The notes under the pieces were generated by a model. That model was not told where the DNA came from. It searched no databases and was given only the letters and a program-made list of their open reading frames with translations. Shown piece by piece: positions 57,473-64,000 of a DNA stretch of 64,000 nucleotides. This DNA comes from Candidatus Giovannonibacteria bacterium RIFCSPLOWO2_02_FULL_45_28. GTDB taxonomy: Bacteria > Patescibacteriota > Minisyncoccia > UBA11713 > 2-01-FULL-45-33. The first letter of the stretch is position 1. The number at the start of each line of letters is the position of its first letter. A program made the translations under genes and the position numbers. The stretch spans positions 2,127 through 66,126 of the forward strand of contig MFIM01000005.1 of assembly GCA_001780725.1 (NCBI GenBank), given 5' to 3'.

Positions 57473-58476
57473 ATCGTGTGCGTGCGCGGCTTATTTAATA
57501 AAACCTGCGCGCCCGCCGAATCCACCGTAAAAGGCACTTCTTTCATTTTATGTTTTGAAAATACTCCGCGCACGGCGTCCTGCGTTCCCTCGCGGCAATA
57601 AACCAAAAAGAAACCGCCTCCGCCGGCGCCCAAAATTTTGCCCCCAAAAGCTCCGTTCTTTTTGGCTTCTTCATAAATTTCGTCAAAAAGATTATTGCTC
57701 ATTTTAGATGACATTTTTCTTTTAAGCTTCCAGTGTTCATCCATCAAATATCCAAAATCGTCCAAACGCCCGTTTTCAAAGACACCTAAAATATTTTGTC
57801 CGATTCTTTTTGTTTGATGCTTCAGTTCAACGGCATCGTTTTGGTTTTGGCGAACACTCATTTGCTGCTCGCGTAAAATATCCTCGCTTGAGCGGCGCAC
57901 GCCGGTATAAAAAAGAAGCGTGCGCCTCTCAAAATCATCCTGAACAGCTTTTGGTATGTTCGCGTTAGAAACCGCAACCGCGCCCGAAGGAGCAATATCC
58001 AAAACGCAAAAATTCCCAAAAGAAGCCAAATAAAAATCCTGTTTGCCGTCCGGGAGCCCCAAATCAGAGGTTGCAATATCAAAGGCTTCTTCGGCCAATT
58101 GTTGCTTTGAAATATTTTCTCCTTTTAAGATGTGCAGGGCATTTAACAAGCCGACCATATAACTAGCGGAGCTGCCCATGCCTGTGCCGTCAGGGACATC
58201 AGCGTTTGAAGAAACCTCTATCATTTTATCAATACCGGTGCGTTTGAGAGCGGCTTTCGCCATCTTATGTTTCAAGTCATCCAGTTTCTCAACTTCCTCG
58301 CTCTCGCGGTACTTCAATCTTATCAACTCATCAACCGGAGGGCGGTTGATGTTTATGTACATGTATAAATTTACTGCCGCGGCGAAAATAAAACCGCCGT
58401 GCTTTTCATAATAAGCCGGCAAATCAGTTGAGCCTCCGCCAAGAGGCAGACGAAATGGCGTTCTGGTTAAAATCAT
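57469..58476 (-). CDS. hddA: GHMP sugar-phosphate kinase (HddA-like)
   Basis: PFRLPLGGGSTD, GTGMGSS, GKQD and GAGGGG motifs. Confidence 0.85.
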   Translation of the reverse strand: MILTRTPFRLPLGGGSTDLPAYYEKHGGFIFAAAVNLYMYININRPPVDELIRLKYRESEEVEKLDDLKHKMAKAALKRTGIDKMIEVSSNADVPDGTGMGSSASYMVGLLNALHILKGENISKQQLAEEAFDIATSDLGLPDGKQDFYLASFGNFCVLDIAPSGAVAVSNANIPKAVQDDFERRTLLFYTGVRRSSEDILREQQMSVRQNQNDAVELKHQTKRIGQNILGVFENGRLDDFGYLMDEHWKLKRKMSSKMSNNLFDEIYEEAKKNGAFGGKILGAGGGGFFLVYCREGTQDAVRGVFSKHKMKEVPFTVDSAGAQVLLNKPRTHTI

Positions 58477-58487
58477 AAATTAATTAA

Positions 58488-59417
58488 CTACTTTGGAGTT
58501 TCAATTCGCTCCTTAATGGTATAAGGAGTTTTTCTGGTGGTCTCAAAATAAATTCTCAACATCAGCTCGGCCAAAAAGCCGATCATAAAAAATAAAATTC
58601 CGGAAAGAATAAAAAAGATCGCGAGAATCGGCAAGGGGGTTTGCCCGAAATTACGAAGCCCCGCCAGTTTAAGATAAATTGCAGTAGCGCCGACCACAAT
58701 GCCCAATAAAACAGATACAATTCCGGCGCCGCCAAAAAATATCAGAGGCCGACCGGTTAAACTGGCCATGAATTTAATTGTAAGCAAATCAAAGATGTCT
58801 TTCACCGCTTTCATAAAATAATGTTTAGAAATGCCAAATTCTCTTGCATGATGCAAAACCGGAATTTCCGCGACTTTGGCTCCTTTCATATAAAGATATG
58901 CCGGCAAAAACACGTGCATCTCTCCGTACAAATGAATCGGCGCCAGAACCTCGCGCCGGTAAGCTTTAAGAGCGCAAGCTGAATCGTGAAGATAAAGGCC
59001 GGTCATCTTGGCAGTAAGCCAATTGGCAAGCCGCGAAAGCACGCGCCTCCCGGAAGAATCATGCCGATCGGTCCTCCAGCCAGACACAACATCGTATCCT
59101 TCCCTGATTTTTGCGACGAGTTTAGGAATGTCCGCAGGGTCGTTTTGCAAGTCGCCGTCCATTGTGATAATTATGTCTCCTCGGGTTTCATGTATTCCGG
59201 CGTCCAGCGCGGCGGTCTGTCCTAACGGCATCGCCAAAATAATTATTTTTATTTCCCTTAAGGATTTTAAAATTTTCAGCGTCTCATCGGTAGACCCATC
59301 TTCTACAAAGATAACTTCGTAAGGTTCGTTAAGTTTTCGCATCACATCAACTATTTTACCGTGCAAAATAGCGACATTTTTTTCTTCGTTATAGACCGGA
59401 ATGACGATTGAAATCAT
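58488..59417 (-). CDS. GT2, ArnC-like polyprenol-phosphate glycosyltransferase
   Basis: DGSTD, MDGDLQNDP, VSGWR and two C-terminal TMs. Confidence 0.88.
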   Translation of the reverse strand: MISIVIPVYNEEKNVAILHGKIVDVMRKLNEPYEVIFVEDGSTDETLKILKSLREIKIIILAMPLGQTAALDAGIHETRGDIIITMDGDLQNDPADIPKLVAKIREGYDVVSGWRTDRHDSSGRRVLSRLANWLTAKMTGLYLHDSACALKAYRREVLAPIHLYGEMHVFLPAYLYMKGAKVAEIPVLHHAREFGISKHYFMKAVKDIFDLLTIKFMASLTGRPLIFFGGAGIVSVLLGIVVGATAIYLKLAGLRNFGQTPLPILAIFFILSGILFFMIGFLAELMLRIYFETTRKTPYTIKERIETPK

Positions 59418-59423
59418 AATGTT

Positions 59424-59484
59424 ATGTTATTATATTTTCTAACAAAATCAAGCTATTGCAATTTTTTAAGAGTTATGCTATAAG
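59424..59484. promoter_or_regulatory. Back-to-back divergent promoters
   Basis: Minus strand: TTGATT-16 nt-TAACAT, 6 nt before the ATG. Plus strand: TTGCAA-17 nt-TATAAG with TGn. Confidence 0.5.
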
Positions 59485-59521
59485 TATAAACAGTAATTCT
59501 TTAAAAAGAAGGCGGTAAAAT

Positions 59522-59962
59522 ATGGACACAATCTCTTTGGGACTCGTTCTCGTAATAGGCCTTGCCTTCTGGGGCGGCTGGCCTCTTGTTGCGCAAGCGA
59601 GCGATATCAAAGACCCGCTTGTGAGAGGGTTTTTAGTAAACGCAGTAACTGCAATTGGTTTCTTGCCATTTCTGCTAGGCAAAATGTCCGGCGGCGTTCT
59701 CAACTCATCCGGAGGCAGAATTCTGATTGTAGCCGGGCTTTTCAACTTCGCTGGCCATCTTCTGTTTCCAAAATTACAAACCATGGCTGGTAGCCAAGTG
59801 TCAATTTACATGACGATGATTCCGGCTCTTGTTATCGCGGCAAGCGCTGTCGGCGGTCCAATATTCTATGCCGATGCCGTAACAATTCCTAAAATATTTT
59901 TCACGCTAATAATTGTGATCGGCATAATCGGCTTAGCGTATACATCTGTATCGCTCAACTAG
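59522..59962 (+). CDS. Small membrane protein (about 5 TM, EamA/DMT-like)
   Basis: Hydrophobic Gly-rich helices. SD-like AAGAAGGCGG upstream. Confidence 0.55.
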   Translation: MDTISLGLVLVIGLAFWGGWPLVAQASDIKDPLVRGFLVNAVTAIGFLPFLLGKMSGGVLNSSGGRILIVAGLFNFAGHLLFPKLQTMAGSQVSIYMTMIPALVIAASAVGGPIFYADAVTIPKIFFTLIIVIGIIGLAYTSVSLN

Positions 59963-59976
59963 AAAGGAGAATACAA

Positions 59977-60921
59977 ATGCATTCAGTATTGTTCGCTGTT
60001 GCAAAGTGGATATCGCCGGAGGCGTTAGCGCTTGTAAGAGCCGTTTATAAAGCAGGTGAGGCAATTAAAACCATGCCGCGCCACGCGGAAATTGCCGCAG
60101 GCCAAGGGCACCGTTCGCTTATCACCAAAGGCGACGAGCTTGCTCGCGACATCATAGTGAAGCACCTCGCCAATTCAATTTCCGGAATTAAAATTCTGTC
60201 CGAAGAAGAAAGCGCGCATCCCGCTCTGCTTTCCGAACACGATCCGAAAGGAATACTCGGAAAAGGAATATTTGGTGTGATAGATCCAATAGATTCAACT
60301 GTCAATTATGCAGAGGATAGCGCCAATTGGTGCGTTGGAGGCGGATTGATTGCAGATGGCATCCCGCGCGTTAGTGCAATCTATGCTCCGGCCAACAACA
60401 ACGGCTTGTTTATTCTTGCCGCGAAAGGCTATGGCGTATGGTGCGCTGAATGGGATCAAGAACCACGACTCATTATTGTGGATCTTGATATTTCTTCCAA
60501 AAAAAGCGTCGTCCGAGTAGGAGTTGATACGTTTCTCTATCGCGCAGTGATGTCTATCATGCCGGAGATTGCATGCAACGTGCGTGCAGTATATTCAACG
60601 GGATCCGGCATACTTGGCTTAGCCAATGTTGCTATTGGAAAATCTCAAGTCGTGATTCAGTCCCCGCAAAAAGCGTGGGACTGGGCGGCTGCGTACTCTG
60701 CAGTTGTTGAAAGTGGAAACGTATTTCAATTTTTCCGCATCAAAGATGGCGGGGCAATTATTCCTGTGGAAACTTTTGACTACGAAGCGTTTTGCTTTGA
60801 ACCAAAAGGGCGTCTGGGTTTTGTCGCCGGAGTTCCCTTGCTTGTAAAAAAGGTGTGGGATCTTCTTCCCAAAAATGGTTGGCAACGAGTCAACCCTGAT
60901 ACTGTCTCCGCAACTTGGTAA
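59977..60921 (+). CDS. Inositol monophosphatase/CysQ family phosphatase
   Basis: TKGD, LSEE, IDPIDST and AWDWAA motifs. SD AAGGAG. Confidence 0.8.
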   Translation: MHSVLFAVAKWISPEALALVRAVYKAGEAIKTMPRHAEIAAGQGHRSLITKGDELARDIIVKHLANSISGIKILSEEESAHPALLSEHDPKGILGKGIFGVIDPIDSTVNYAEDSANWCVGGGLIADGIPRVSAIYAPANNNGLFILAAKGYGVWCAEWDQEPRLIIVDLDISSKKSVVRVGVDTFLYRAVMSIMPEIACNVRAVYSTGSGILGLANVAIGKSQVVIQSPQKAWDWAAAYSAVVESGNVFQFFRIKDGGAIIPVETFDYEAFCFEPKGRLGFVAGVPLLVKKVWDLLPKNGWQRVNPDTVSATW

Positions 60922-60933
60922 AGGAGATGTTTC

Positions 60934-61629
60934 GTGAATAGTCTTTTGGCGATTCTAGGACGAGGAATTCAGCGCTTGCCCGATGGTTCTTGGACAGTAA
61001 CCGAGGATCTCGAGATATGTGCGGAGAATAGCGCACATCTAACCGACCGTGTTCCCGCAGACGACGAAAATCCGCATTGTTTAATTGGTGGCGGGGAACT
61101 TAATCTATTAGCAGGAATCCAGCTGCACAAAAGAGGGTTTGGAGATATCGTTGTCTGCGCCTACGGCGACCGATCGGACTATCTCAAATCAATTGACGCA
61201 CCAAGCGAATCTATGATAGTGAGCGATCTCTTTCTGAAATATTGTCCGAATGCGCTCATCAGGGTATGGACAAAAGAAATGTCTATGCCGGGTCCGTCAA
61301 ATACCAACCGCGAGCTTCAAAACATTTTTGAGCTTGCGGTAAAAGAAAAAATTGATGCGGTTGCCATAGTCACGATTGACCTTCATATGCCACGGACGTT
61401 GGTGATGGCCCAACGACATCTCGCGAAACATAAATTTCGGCGCTTAGACGCGCGGTTCTTTGTGAGCGAGCAAGTGCTTGCGGAAGCAGATCCGAAAACG
61501 TACGGCCAGCGCCGCGAAACCTTGCGCCGCTCTAAAGCGATGGCGCGCAATTGGGCGAGGGAACAATTAGGAATCTTCAAGGTGATCACCGATGCGTACG
61601 GTGATGAAAAACCGAAAGTCGCGGCATAA
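60934..61629 (+). CDS. YdcF/DUF218 family protein (distant paralog of 2008-2640)
   Basis: AILGRG, SE, SNT..E and TIDLHMPR motifs. GTG start with an AAGGAG SD. Confidence 0.65.
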   Translation: MNSLLAILGRGIQRLPDGSWTVTEDLEICAENSAHLTDRVPADDENPHCLIGGGELNLLAGIQLHKRGFGDIVVCAYGDRSDYLKSIDAPSESMIVSDLFLKYCPNALIRVWTKEMSMPGPSNTNRELQNIFELAVKEKIDAVAIVTIDLHMPRTLVMAQRHLAKHKFRRLDARFFVSEQVLAEADPKTYGQRRETLRRSKAMARNWAREQLGIFKVITDAYGDEKPKVAA

Positions 61630-61645
61630 AATCCGCGATTTTTTT
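61615..61645. terminator. Bidirectional terminator between convergent genes
   Basis: AAAGTCGCGG-8 nt-CCGCGATTTT followed by a T run. Confidence 0.65.
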
Positions 61646-62948
61646 ATCTGCCTACGCCGATATATAAAAATCCGCGTTTTTTGATTTCTTTTTCTCTCTC
61701 ATAAAAATAGTTTCCGGTGTCAAAAAACATGAAGGGCTTTTTCATGAGCGACTTCATTTTTTTTAAGTTTATTTTTTTAAATTCCGGAGAGTTGTTAACA
61801 AAAACCGCAGCGCAAGAATTTTTAAAAGCCATATACGGATCTTTATAAAATTTAAACCCCGTTAAGAGCTCCGCCTCCGACGGATTAGCAATAGGGTCAT
61901 GCGTTGATATTATTGCGCCTTCTTTTTTTAATTTTTTAATAATTTCCAAAGACATGGCGCGGCGCAAAGTCGGAGTCCCCGGCTTATATGTAAGACCGAG
62001 TATTGCAATTTTTTTGTTGCGCAATGGCCCAAGGTATTTTTTTAAATACGCAACCACTAAATTGCGCCTAAGATTATTCCTACGAAAAACCGTTGATATC
62101 AGAGGGATTTTTATCCCGGCCTCGCGGCTTTTTTTAATAAGAATTTTTAAATCTCGAGCCAGTGTTCCTCCCGAAAAACCAATTCCGGCGTTGAGATACG
62201 CGCGCGGCCCGATTCTTTTATCGGAGCGGAGCGATTTGGTAATATCAACCGCATCCGCGCCGTAAGCCGCGGCCAAATCAGAAATATCGTCAATAAAACC
62301 TATGGAAGTTGCCAGAAAGGCGTTTAGTGCATGCTTGCTCATCTCCGCCGAAGCCGTGCTCATTGGCAGAAAAGTTGTTTTGATGCCGGAAAAAATGTTT
62401 TCTATTTTTTTAATAACACGCCCGCTTGGCGCCCCGATGACTATCCGGTCAGGTTCAAAAAAACTTTTAATCGCCCTGCCTAATTGTAAATTTTCCGGAG
62501 CGTAAGCCAAATCAAATTTAAATCCGCGGCGAAGTTTTGCCAAAAATTTTTCAATCTCCGCGCAAGTCCCAACCGGCACCTGGCTGGAAATAATAATCAA
62601 CGCGTTATTTTTAAAAAATCCCACATTCTTTCTGAAAAAAACCCGAATCGGGCCCAAATCAACATTGTCCCGGTCGTCAACCGGCGTATCAAAAGCCAGC
62701 CATACTATATCGCGTGTTTTTAATTGTTTAAATTCGTTGCTGAAAGACAACCGCCCGTTTTCTATATTTTTCTTGATAATTTTTGCCAATTCCGGTTCGG
62801 CAAGCGGCAGAATGTATTTATTCAGATTAGAAACGGTTCCGCGATTTTCATCAAAACCAATCACGTTGTGCCCCAAATCGGCAAGGCAGGCACTATAAAC
62901 TTCTCCCAAGTGCCACAAACCGACTACGCCTATTTTATATTTTTTCAT
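61644..62948 (-). CDS. UDP-glucose/GDP-mannose dehydrogenase family protein lacking the catalytic Cys
   Basis: GLWHLG, DTP, PENL, KHALN and YKPGT motifs. GFSGGTLARD stands in place of GGxCxPKD. Confidence 0.85.
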   Translation of the reverse strand: MKKYKIGVVGLWHLGEVYSACLADLGHNVIGFDENRGTVSNLNKYILPLAEPELAKIIKKNIENGRLSFSNEFKQLKTRDIVWLAFDTPVDDRDNVDLGPIRVFFRKNVGFFKNNALIIISSQVPVGTCAEIEKFLAKLRRGFKFDLAYAPENLQLGRAIKSFFEPDRIVIGAPSGRVIKKIENIFSGIKTTFLPMSTASAEMSKHALNAFLATSIGFIDDISDLAAAYGADAVDITKSLRSDKRIGPRAYLNAGIGFSGGTLARDLKILIKKSREAGIKIPLISTVFRRNNLRRNLVVAYLKKYLGPLRNKKIAILGLTYKPGTPTLRRAMSLEIIKKLKKEGAIISTHDPIANPSEAELLTGFKFYKDPYMAFKNSCAAVFVNNSPEFKKINLKKMKSLMKKPFMFFDTGNYFYEREKEIKKRGFLYIGVGR

Positions 62949-63640
62949 TGAAGCGGTTTTAAAGTAAGGCCGATAACTAAGTTGATTTGAATTGAAGGGA
63001 CAAACAAAGGAAAAAACGACCTTTTAACAACACGGAAGCGGTGCGGAAGCTCTTCCAAAACTTCAACGGCCATATTAATGTGCTCGCTTTTAATGCACCA
63101 ATCATAACTTTGACGGTAGCGCTTTTCAAAAATACGCCGCGCGCTAATCCGCCTCGCAAGAGCGTATGTCAATCCGCCTTCGCAAGGAATCACCGCACGA
63201 AATTCGCCGGTCGGTTTAAGCAGACGGCTGATTTCATTTAGAGCGGCGGGCAAGTTTGGTAAATGTTCCAGCACATGGATAGCCACAACTCTATCAAAAT
63301 ATTGATCTGGAAAATTAAGCCGCTTTTGGCAGTCTCCGACGATAACGGTGACCCCGGGAAACCGCCGCTTAATCACTTCGGCCATGTCCGGCAGCAATTC
63401 CACTGCGTAATATTCCGTATCTGTCAAATTTTCATAAGCAATGTGCTCGCCCAATCCAGCGCCTATTTCCAAAACTTTTCCGCCGGGTTTTGCGCCACGC
63501 AATGGATAACCGTGATTAAATCGCTCAATTAGGCCATAACGCTTCGGCAAAACCTCATGCCAATATTTCATAAAGTCCCGCTTAATTTCGGTTTGCTGCG
63601 CAGTCAGCTCCGGAAGATGTTTTGGCCATTTGTTCTCCAT
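62945..63640 (-). CDS. Class I SAM-dependent methyltransferase
   Basis: LEIGAGLG and HVLEHL motifs. Confidence 0.85.
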   Translation of the reverse strand: MENKWPKHLPELTAQQTEIKRDFMKYWHEVLPKRYGLIERFNHGYPLRGAKPGGKVLEIGAGLGEHIAYENLTDTEYYAVELLPDMAEVIKRRFPGVTVIVGDCQKRLNFPDQYFDRVVAIHVLEHLPNLPAALNEISRLLKPTGEFRAVIPCEGGLTYALARRISARRIFEKRYRQSYDWCIKSEHINMAVEVLEELPHRFRVVKRSFFPLFVPSIQINLVIGLTLKPLQ

Positions 63641-63644
63641 CGTA

Positions 63645-64000
63645 TTAAAAAAACGTGTAAAACATCGCTTGCGTAACTACAATCTGAAAAAACGTCAGGG
63701 CAAGATGGGGATTAAATAAACGCTGATGTTCTTCTTTAAGCAATTTATTTTTAAAAACCACAAAAAACGGCAATATAAAAAGCCACAACCTTTCCACGTT
63801 TGCCTGAAAAATCCCGATCACAAGAAAAAACAGCAAAATCCACACTCCGCCTTTAAAAAGCAGGTTGCTTTCTTTAAATGTTGCCGGCAACCCTTTAAAG
63901 AAAATGAGCAATGAAGGCAGCCCCAAATAAATCAAAAAGTTCACAATATTCATTAAAACATAAATAAAATACATTCCAACAGACTCAAAATTGCTTCCTA
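63645..64000 (-). CDS. C-terminal part of a polytopic membrane protein (possibly GT-C), starting beyond the window
   Basis: The frame stays open to the window edge. Multiple TM segments and an NVERLW motif. Confidence 0.6.
   Translation of the reverse strand, partial: GSNFESVGMYFIYVLMNIVNFLIYLGLPSLLIFFKGLPATFKESNLLFKGGVWILLFFLVIGIFQANVERLWLFILPFFVVFKNKLLKEEHQRLFNPHLALTFFQIVVTQAMFYTFF

Noticed and set aside
82-63914. The many 60-230 aa ORFs antisense to or overlapping the called genes (e.g. 82-411, 9116-9673, 16953-17471, 24177-24860, 27705-28238, 56081-56608)
   Set aside because: They lie inside well-supported genes and show no recognisable motifs or initiation signals, so they are shadow ORFs.
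1-64000. Alternative genetic code (TGA as Gly or Trp), CRISPR array, tRNA/rRNA, IS element
   Set aside because: TGA ends many full-length conserved genes, often in ATGA overlaps. No regularly spaced repeats, RNA-gene signatures or transposase motifs were seen, and the intergenic spaces are too short to hold them.

Overview
The whole 64 kb window is one very large surface-glycan biosynthesis and modification locus. It lies mostly on the minus strand, with tightly overlapping genes. Gene density, leaderless starts and gene style suggest a Patescibacteria/CPR genome with genetic code 11 (inference). It holds a pseudaminic-acid-type block (pseB/C/H, SpsF-type cytidylyltransferase, class III aminotransferase) and a neuABC nonulosonate block. 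A PAPS/sulfation module follows (pyruvate-kinase/ATP-sulfurylase fusion, cysC, sulfotransferase). There is also an rmlB/C/D block with a C-methyltransferase and a carbamoyltransferase. A transaldolase-GmhA-GmhB-HddA-HddC block has extra redox enzymes whose families match the lincosamide octose pathway. The window further encodes about 11 small-molecule SAM methyltransferases, a PglK/MsbA-like flippase and large GT-C-like membrane proteins. Two accessory cassettes are inserted: a HEPN-MNT toxin-antitoxin pair followed by a collapsed 58-bp copy of the transaldolase gene, and an M.NgoMIV-like methyltransferase paired with a KpnI-like HNH nuclease. Signals not visible in the ORF track include a (GA)7 tract that switches a methyltransferase out of frame, GC-rich palindromes inserted in-frame in several enzymes, and two contrasting modes of transcription and translation initiation. 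No rRNA, tRNA, CRISPR array or transposase was seen. All family assignments come from motif recognition, not from database searches.
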